Shown here in pieces: positions 55,712 to 64,000 of a stretch of DNA of 64,000 bases. Source of the stretch: Epithemia pelagica (taxonomy: Eukaryota > Protista > Bacillariophyta); contig OX337233.1 in NCBI GenBank assembly GCA_946965045.2, positions 310,001 through 374,000 on the forward strand. The letters run 5' to 3'. Under the pieces are notes generated by a model. It was not told the DNA's origin and searched no databases. It saw nothing but the letters and a program-made list of their open reading frames with translations. The position numbers and the translations under genes were made by a program. The stretch's first letter is position 1. Every line of letters begins with the position of its first letter.

Positions 55712-55900
55712 ATGACGGCGATGACGAGGACGACTTGACCTCTCATCGAGCAATTTGACCCACATGTCTCTTCAAGAAGCGATGATTGAGGACAACAACC
55801 ATCAAGTGGCCTTCTTCAATCCGTGACAATTGAATTGCGAGGCCCAGGATCAGTCCCAAAATGAAACGACGAATGGTCGTGGAGCACGTTGGGGAACAAT
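55712..55900 (+). pseudogene. 5' remnant of the LRR-TIR-family partner gene, head-to-head with K9
   Basis: MSLQEAMIEDNNHQVAFFNP*QL / RISPKMKRRMVVEHVGE, compared with RISPKMKQRMVEHFGKE. Copia C is inserted about 360 bp downstream of the ATG. Confidence 0.8.
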
Positions 55901-56285
55901 TCGCGAGAGTTTGCATGGACCCTCAAGTTCGCATCGCTCCAATCTACGGACAGCAAATCTCCACATAAAGATGCGACAACTCTCAATGGTTCGTCATTCT
56001 TGCCAAATGACACCCAATGGTGGCTGCTCCGTGGCACTGCGATTACCTTGGTGGTCTATGTGGCCTTTTACTCTGTGAAGTTATGCACGATCTCCCCGGG
56101 ATCTCACCCAGGACTTTATGCTGACGCAATCTACTCTTCAGGCACACCTCTTTCATACGAATACACAAGACTCATTTAGGAACGACCCATCCATCGAACT
56201 ACCCAAGAATACTATTTCATACGATCAAATTAGGCACAACCAAATTCATTAGTAAGCTCACAATTTCGAAAATATACACCTCACA

Positions 56286-56297
56286 GGTTATGAGCCC
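56286..56297 (+). promoter_or_regulatory. PBS of copia C complementary to the anticodon arm of tRNA-iMet (half-tRNA priming type)
   Basis: GGTTATGAGCCC directly after the LTR is the reverse complement of GGGCUCAUAACC of initiator tRNA-Met. Confidence 0.8.
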
Positions 56298-56420
56298 AAA
56301 TGCACGCTGCATAACGATTGTTGTGTAACGTATACGCGTGTCTCTCGCATGCCGATCTCGTATTAAGTTCGATTTTGTCCACTACTCACAATTCCGGTCA
56401 CTCGATCACAGCAACAAGCC

Positions 56421-57773
56421 ATGGATGCCGCAGCCGCAAACAACCTGGCAAACGCCATTCAAGCTCTCGCCGCAGCGGCTGCTGCTGGTGCTCCTCCTCC
56501 TCCTGCTGCAGCCGCAGTTACCCATGTCTCTCCCTATGAAGGTGATGCTCTCGATCTGTCCACTCGGACCGGAACAGGCTTGTTTCGAAATGGATGCGAG
56601 GCTTTGGACTCCAAGTTCACGGGAAAAGTTGCGGACTTGCATTTGTTCCTCGCCGATTTGCGTACTCGGGCACAAACTTGTCGCTGGGATGCTGCTGGAC
56701 ATGACATTTTGGGATTTATCATCAATGGTACCACGTACAAGCTGTTGGATGACTATGGCAAAATCACAGCTGCCCAAGTCGAAGCTGCACGTGTAACTCG
56801 TTCTGCTGCTGGAGCTGATTTGCGCGCCAAACAGAATGCCCAGATGATGTATGAATGCATCATGAGTTCCATTTCGATCGATGCCAAGTCTGCCCTCGCT
56901 ACGCGTTCCGATCTGGACTTTCACAAGGATGGCCCCAAGTTGTTTCACCATCTCGTCACTGAGCTGTTTACTGCCACCTTTTCGAATGCGCAGGCAACAC
57001 GGGACAAGTTATCTCTGTATCACCCCAAGAGTTGCAAGTATGATATCGTGGAGGTTAACAATTACATCCGCTCCGCTATCAAGACTTTGCGTTCGGCGTC
57101 GACAACAGGTGGGACAATCACGGACCAAGAAATCTTGTATTTTCAGTTTAAGATCTACAAGCGAATCAAAGCACCAGCCGAATGGACTTCCCACATCTTG
57201 TTCTTAGAGGCATCTGTCCACAGCAACCCAAACTACAACCCAGAGACGTTGTACAATGAGGCTCACAGCAAGTATACCAATTTGTTGAATCAGGGCATGT
57301 GGAAGCCGTCCGACCGAACACCCGAAGAACAAACGCTTGCTACGGTTGCTCAGCAGCAACAGTCCTCATCGTCTTCAAGTGGTAAGAAATCAGGTGCCAA
57401 ACGCAAAACTTCGGATGCCAAAACGGATGGCAAGAACAAGGATGGTAAGGAGAAGAAACTCCCACCGTTTGCACACAAAGATGGCAAGCTTGGAGACACC
57501 AAGCAGTGGGATGGCAAGACGTATTACTACTGTCCAGCCAACCACAAACACACACATTGGCACACTCATCCGGTTAATGAGTGCAACACGTACAAAAAGT
57601 GGAAAGCCAACAAAAATGGGGACAACAAGGATAGTGGCGAATCCAACAACGACTCCAATCGGCTGACCGTTGACAAAGAGAAACTCAAGAAAGGGATGGC
57701 AGCATTGTTTCCTTCCGGAGACTTCAACACTGATGACCTTGCTGACGCCCTTGTCGCCACTCTGCACGAATGA
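56421..57773 (+). CDS. gag: Gag of copia C, 450 aa
   Basis: Follows the PBS; variant Zn-knuckle YYYCPANHKHTHWHTHPVNEC; ends in TGA in frame with pol. Confidence 0.85.
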   Translation: MDAAAANNLANAIQALAAAAAAGAPPPPAAAAVTHVSPYEGDALDLSTRTGTGLFRNGCEALDSKFTGKVADLHLFLADLRTRAQTCRWDAAGHDILGFIINGTTYKLLDDYGKITAAQVEAARVTRSAAGADLRAKQNAQMMYECIMSSISIDAKSALATRSDLDFHKDGPKLFHHLVTELFTATFSNAQATRDKLSLYHPKSCKYDIVEVNNYIRSAIKTLRSASTTGGTITDQEILYFQFKIYKRIKAPAEWTSHILFLEASVHSNPNYNPETLYNEAHSKYTNLLNQGMWKPSDRTPEEQTLATVAQQQQSSSSSSGKKSGAKRKTSDAKTDGKNKDGKEKKLPPFAHKDGKLGDTKQWDGKTYYYCPANHKHTHWHTHPVNECNTYKKWKANKNGDNKDSGESNNDSNRLTVDKEKLKKGMAALFPSGDFNTDDLADALVATLHE

Positions 57774-60700
57774 CTCCTTTTCCTATGGCACGCTTATGGC
57801 ATGTTCCTTTCGGTTTGCCCTTGGTTTGTATTTCACACCGTCAGCATGCTGATTGTGGCGTACCATGGGATATGGAAGTTTGTTCAGTGGAGATCCAAGC
57901 CACACCGTTGCCCTAACCAACCGTTTCGCTGTCGTCCTCCTCGCAAACCATGGCGACGTCCGACGCCAGGTAGGAAGACAACAGTGGACGTCACGATTTG
58001 GATACTGCGTGTATTGTTGTGTTTATCAGCCATGCAGCACCCAAGACGGCCAAGAGTCATTGCTGTGCAGGACCCAACTCCTCCAATCTTCTTCTTTCCG
58101 GATCTTGGATGTTACATCACGACCAAGCGGAGCAAGATGACCAAACGAAGAACCGCCGGTGGATTGTTGCCTCTGTTCCTTCCGACCAAGCCTCCGTTTC
58201 CAGCACGAGCACGAATGACGGCTATGAACTCGATCAACGAGTCAGCCCGACAAGTGCCTCAACAAGCAAGGTTTGACACGGACTCTCAAAAGTTTCTGAT
58301 TGATTCAGGTGGTTCGACACATCTGTGGAACAGAAGAAAAGACTTTGTCTCCTTTCGGGTGCTCTCCAAGCAAGAACAAAAGGAAGAACAAGTGTTAGGC
58401 ATCAATGGCAAAGTATCACAACCCATTGGAATTGGACGAATTCAAATCAAAATCGAAGACGACGAGAACAAGGTTCACAAATTACAGTTGGACAATGTCA
58501 GGTACTTACCGAATGCACCGCTCAACATCTTTGTACCTCAAGTCTTCATCCAGCAACGGCTGTCCGAGGGAGACCCTCGTGCAAGTTGTGGCATTACTGC
58601 CACAGGAATAACTCTTCAATGGTCTGACCCTGAAGATGACCAACTGGTTTCCAAATACGTGCCTTTAAACAAAAGCAACGTGGGCATGTGCTTCACTGCA
58701 TCAGGATTTCGAAGTTTCAAGGCTTTCGCTGCATTGTTGGGTATGCCAGCCACCATTTCGGATGACGAATCTGATCAAGAAAGTGAACAACCACCGGATG
58801 ATGACGCTTCCATCATAGATGTCACTCCGCAACCCAAGACTTTGCCTCAGCGAAGTACTCAGACCGATGGCATTACCACCGATTTTGCTACGTCGCCCCA
58901 TGTCATCCCATCCGAGGGAGACAATGAGCCCTTGCTCAAGGCCGATCAAGCATTGCTCATGAAGTATCATGAACAACTCGGCCATTGTTCTTTCCATCAA
59001 CTAAAAGAACTTGCCAAGCTTGGCATCATTCCCAAGAAACTTGCAAAAGTGCCGCCTCCAAAATGCCCCAGTTGCCTGTATGGCAAGGCACATCGTCGTC
59101 CATGGCGAACCCACAAGGTTGACCAGTCCATCAAGCCTGCCACTGTGCCCGGAGCCGTGGTTAGTGTGGATCAGCTAGAGTCAACAGTCCCCGGTTTTGT
59201 GCCACTTGGCAGGGAACAACCAACCAAACGGCGCTATGCTGGTGCCACTGTCTTTGTGGACCATGCAAGTGACTGGACCTACGTTCACCCACAAGTCCGG
59301 CTCACCACAGAAGAAACGCTCGAAGCAAAACACACCTTCGAACGTGTGGCTGAGCAATACGGAGTTCGAATACTCCATTACCACGCCGACAATGGACGTT
59401 TTGCCGACAAGGCATTCGTCGACGATGTCCATGCGGCCCAACAAACTATCACCTTCTGCGGCGTCAGCGCACATCACCAAAATGGGATCGCAGAAAGACG
59501 CATCCGCGATATTACGGAAAGCGCGCGAACAATGTTGTTGCATGCGGCCCACAGATGGCCCAAGGCAATTTCTGCTAACCTTTGGCCTCAAGCTATCAAA
59601 CATGCTGTGAATTGTCGAAATGCATTGCCGCGCAATGGCAAGGACCGATCACCAGTGTCGATGTTTGCCAACACTACCATCGAACCAAACGTCAAACACT
59701 ACCATCCGTTTGGATGTCCAGTTTACGTTTTGGAGACACCACTCCAGAATCAAAAATCCTTCCCAAAGTGGCAAGAACGGACTCGCGTTGGAGTGTTTTT
59801 GTGCCACTCGCCTCATCATGCTGCGTCGGTACCCCTGATTTTGAACACACAAACAGGGATGGTGAGTCCTCAGTTTCATTGTGTATTTGATGATTCGTTC
59901 GACACGGTCAAATACGACACACACAATCCAGGGTTGTGGCAGACGAAAGCGCATTTCCATCAAATTGCTGAAGTAACACACGATGCAACGCACACGGATT
60001 TTCTTTCAACACGACCACAACGACACCAGCACACGACACCTTCGTTGCAGCCATATGGCTCGAACATTCCACAGGCTTTGGTGGAACTCCCCGCTCTTGT
60101 ACATGAGGCAACAGCCCCGTCGCCTGTTACGGAGCCAGTCGAACCAGATCCTCCACCAGCGCCGAACTTCCCTGTCAACATTGCACCAACTGGCCAAACA
60201 AGGACCGGACGCGCCATTCGAGCCCCGTCTCGTTTTGCTCAGGCCGCGTATCATTGTTGTTGCGTGGCACAGCGGTTGATTGATGGGTCCATCGCTGACT
60301 TTCATCCTTTGACTCTGCTGCAAATGGTTGCCACGTCCTTTGCGGATATTCAACAACCTGATGGCTACCCAGATTACATGCCTCTCCATGTGGCGCTTGC
60401 CCAGCCCGACCAAGAAAAGTTTATCGATGCGATGGAACGTGAATTATTGAATCATGCCAAACTGAAGCATTGGCGAATCATTCACCGGTCCCAAGTACCA
60501 CGAGGGGCGAAACCACTGCCCATGATTTGGACACTCCGTCGCAAACGAGACCCAGCAGGAAAGATCAAGAAGTGGAAGGCAAGGTTGTGTGTCGGTGGTC
60601 ATCGTCAAGTGTATGGCGATACGTATTGGACAACATTTGCGCCCGTTGTCTCATGGACAACAGTCCGACTTGTTTTTCTCCTGGCTGTATTGTTGGGATG

Positions 60701-62009
60701 GCATACAAGGTCTCTCGACTTCATCATGGCCTATACTCAAGCCAAAGTGAAGACCGACATCTTTATGGAATTGCCGAAAGGGACGACCATTCTGAATGTT
60801 GACCCATCCAAACATCTCTTGAAGTTGGAGCAAAACTTATACGGACTCAAGGATGGACAAGTGACATGGCACGACCATATCAAAGAAGGATTGTTAGAGC
60901 GAGGTTTTCACCAATCCAAGGTGGATCCATGCCTTTTCATCAAAGGGCAAGCGTTACTTACGCTGTACACGGATGATGCTGCCATTCTCTCACCCAGTGC
61001 TTCTGCCTTGGACAAAGAAATCAAGTCCTTGCAAGAATCTTTCAACCTGACGGACGAAGGGGTGCTGCAAGATTATTTGGGTACCCGGTTCTTCCATCAT
61101 GATGATGGGACCATTGAACTCCAATAGCAAAAGACCATTGGGAACTGCTTGAAATTGGTCGGAATCAAAGATGATGATGAAAAAGTGAAGAAGCATGAGA
61201 CTCCTGCCGAGACAAACAAAATTCTTCATGCCGACCCAGATGGTCAACCCCGCAAGCAAGAATGGAATTACCGAGCAGTGGTGGGCTGCCTCAACTACCT
61301 CCAAGCGATGACGCGGCCCGATCTTGCCTATTCCACCCATCAATGCGCTCGTTTCTGTAATGACCCAAAACTCTCACACGAGCAAGCTTTGAAAAGGATT
61401 TGCAGATATCTCCATGGGACGAAGTCAAAAGGGCTTCTTCTTAGGCCCAAGCTTCAAGAAGGATTCAAGTGTTATGTCGACGCAGACTGGGCCGGAAATT
61501 GGGCAAAGGACCAACCAAACAACCCAGCCGGAGCTTTATCACGAACAGGCTATTTGATCACGTACGCCAACTGTCCCATCGTGTGGGGGTCGAAGATGCA
61601 AACTCTGGTTGCGCTGAGCACAACGGAAGCCGAGATCATTGCCCTCTCAACTGCCCTGCGCGAAGTCATTTTTCTTCAGAATCTTTTGGAAGAATTGCGC
61701 GAACATCATTTTCCCATTCCGTTTACGAAGCCACAAATTAAGTGCCGCACGTTTGAAGACAACGCCGCGTGCATCGAGGTTGCAAATTCAGAACCGAAGA
61801 TTCGTCCTCGTACCAAGCACCTGGCCGTTCGATTGTTCCATTTCCGTGACCACGTCGAACGTGACCGCATCTCCATTGAACACGTTTCATCTCGCGACCA
61901 GCTTGCTGATATCTTTACGAAGCCCTTGCCAAAGGAGCAATTCAAGCGCCTTCGTGACTCAATTATGGGATGGACAGACGCTCCGATTCCGCAGCACGAG
62001 GGAGTGTGA
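57774..62009 (+). pseudogene. pol: Pol of copia C with one in-frame TAG in RT (61125-61127)
   Basis: PR (LIDSGGS), HHCC, integrase (VSVDQLES, ADNG, HHQNGIAERRIR), RT (KWKARLCVGG, LYTDD), RNase H (YVDADW, FEDN, RTKH). ORFs 57801-61127 and 61149-62009 share a frame. Confidence 0.9.
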
Positions 62010-62329
62010 AGTTATGCACGATCTCCCCGGGATCTCACCCAGGACTTTATGCTGACGCAATCTACTCTTCAGGCACACCTCTTTCATACGAATACACAAG
62101 ACTCATTTAGGAACGACCCATCCATCGAACTACCCAAGAATACTATTTCATACGATCAAATTAGGAATAACCAAATTCATTAGTAAGCTCACAATTTCGA
62201 AAATATACACCTCACATACTCGGCTCGATCCGATGTTTGGAGCTATGTGGGCCTTGTCGAGGATTTCATGTACAAGGGTCATTGGTGCAATCGTCATTTG
62301 AATCGACACGGTTACGTCATGCACCCGAC

Positions 62330-63760
62330 ACGGGAGAATCAACAGGTGAAGAATCGATCATGGGAAAGGGTCCCATCGCCCTTACACATCGACCAGACGA
62401 AGATTCGCACCACCAAGAACCAGAATCCAACGAAGAAGAACAAGAACAAGTTCTATTAGACGACAGCCAAGACATGATCGGCGCCATTCGTGGTCGTGGT
62501 TTTGTTGTTGATACTGCTGAGTTCGGTACGAGGCTTAAATGCGGTAGTGATCGAAGTCCAACACTGCTGCTCGACAGTGTTATAATCGTGCAGCAAGGTT
62601 TGGTGGAACTGTCATTGAGGGGCAAGACATCGCGATGGGGAGCAGCTTGTTTCCAGGCATTAGCATTCGAACGAGCAATAGTGCGACAGGGAATAGCGGT
62701 GGTGGAGGTTTCCTGATTCGTTGTCGTTGTCGTCGCCGCCGTCAATGCTCCGACTTCCAAGATGGAATTGAACACAGTCGGTTCCACGGCAATGGCGCCG
62801 TCAGCAGTTTCGTCCAATTGAGGTACTTCTTCATTTGTGGCTGCGTTCGTAGCTCGGAAGGTTGTGGTGTGGCAACGACGAGACTCGATTCCGTGTTGTC
62901 GTTCTGGTCCATTGCGAGCAAATTACCGACCTCATGATATAGAATAATTGCTGTATTGGAGGAAATATCGAACACGTCGGTGCTAAATATTCCAAAGGAT
63001 TCGCAATTGTCCTGTCACCCAAAACCGCCACGAGCATCGAAATTGAGGGGCAAGACATTGCGATGGGGAGCAGCTTGTTTCCAGGCATTAGCATTCAAAC
63101 GAGCAATAGTGCGACAGGGAATAGCGGTGGTGGAGGTTTCCTGATTCGTTGTCGTTGTCGTCGCCGCCGTCAATGCTCCGACTTCCAAGATGGAATTGAA
63201 CACAGTCGGTTCCACGGCAATGGCGCCGTCAGCAGTTTCGTCCAATTGAGGTACTTCTTCATTTGTGGCTGCGTTCGTAGTTCGTAAGGTTATGGTGTGG
63301 CAACGACGAGACTCGATCCGTGTTGTCGTTCTGGTCCATTGTGAGCAAATTACCGACCTCATGATAAAGAATAGTTGCTGTATTGGAGGAAATATCGAAC
63401 ACGTCGGTGCTAAAAATTCCAAAGGATTCGCAATTGTCCTGTCACCCAAAACCGCCACGAGCATCGAAAGACGGGGTACTGTCCTCTTACGCAGGCATTA
63501 GCCATAGAAGGACCGGACCCCACACAATTAAACGCATGGTCGGAACGAAGATGACCGTCCAAATAAGTCGCTGCGCCATGTTGTTTCAGGCACGCAACCA
63601 TAATCTTCCACAGCATGATAACTCGACCAATTCAACAGCAGAGAGGCATGGTACCATGGGCATCTTTACCCAAAGCCTGGCTCTACTGTTTGCGGTGTCA
63701 TGCCGGATAGTGTAACTTTCGTTTTCTACTAGTACAACGGTGTACATGATATCTCTATCG
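62330..63760 (+). repeat. Dispersed repeat unit X, copy 6, with an internal 428-bp tandem duplication (62614-63041 / 63042-63468)
   Basis: Near-identical to 870-1900; both duplicate copies start ATTGAGGGGCAAGACAT. Confidence 0.85.
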
Positions 63761-63863
63761 GTCGCAATATCATCAAGAAAACACTACATCTACTGTTTGA
63801 GAGTAATATGATAATGCTATAATTCCACTATTGTCACGACATACATGCAATACGTTGCAAATT

Positions 63864-64000
63864 TCAAGTTTCATCCTTCCCTTCATCACCACGGTGCGCA
63901 TTGGACCTTGCGCGTTTACGAACTGATGTCGAGGTGGAAAAGCGCGAAATGTCAGCATCTCGGATACCCATTCCTTCCCGGAACTGGTACCATTCGTTCT
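63864..64000 (-). CDS. 3' end of a further Kelch gene (K10), runs off the window
   Basis: NEWYQFREGMGIRDADISRFSTSTSVRKRARSNAHRGDEGKDET*, nearly identical to the K1 tail. Confidence 0.85.
   Translation of the reverse strand, partial: NEWYQFREGMGIRDADISRFSTSTSVRKRARSNAHRGDEGKDET

Larger units (their letters stand above)
56074..62216 (+). mobile_element. Ty1/copia LTR retrotransposon C, full length, 6143 bp
   Basis: 212-bp LTRs (56074-56285, 62005-62216) with 2 mismatches; 5-bp TSD TACTC; PPT ACGAGGGAG; empty-site paralog at about 4855-4865. Confidence 0.95.

Noticed and set aside
1995-63958. Many short recurring ORFs antisense to or overlapping Kelch and gag-pol genes
   Set aside because: Their recurrence follows from paralogy of the real genes; they are not independent genes.
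1-64000. CRISPR array or prokaryotic defence island (TIR plus PLD plus repeats)
   Set aside because: No regularly spaced repeat-spacer array, no cas genes and no operon structure. LTR retrotransposons and a GT-AG intron indicate a eukaryote.
1-64000. tRNA or rRNA genes, telomeric repeats
   Set aside because: None recognised by eye; tRNAscan-SE would be needed to exclude them fully.

Overview
Eukaryotic genomic DNA, most likely a diatom or related stramenopile (inferred from the copia lineages, a short GT-AG intron and mostly intronless genes). The window is a fast-evolving tandem gene cluster. It holds about 10 minus-strand stand-alone Kelch beta-propeller genes plus fragments, with a conserved framework but highly variable top-face loops, and some copies are chimeric or pseudogenised. 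One intact plus-strand gene encodes RNI-like LRRs followed by a C-terminal TIR domain that keeps the catalytic Glu, with no NB-ARC/NACHT or TM segment. It lies head-to-head with a Kelch gene, and four decayed 5' copies of it recur, three of them head-to-head with other Kelch genes. A PLD-family (HxK) nuclease-like ORF with one in-frame TGA sits behind a copy of the Kelch 5' leader. Three recent, full-length Ty1/copia LTR retrotransposons and one non-autonomous TA-flanked TIR element are inserted. Main leads: (1) a putative paired Kelch-sensor / LRR-TIR immune-like locus (inference); (2) a copia element whose primer-binding site is the perfect 14-nt reverse complement of its own LTR just after an Inr-like motif, which is the geometry of Tf1-type tRNA-independent self-priming. 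All alignments were done by eye and no database searches were run.
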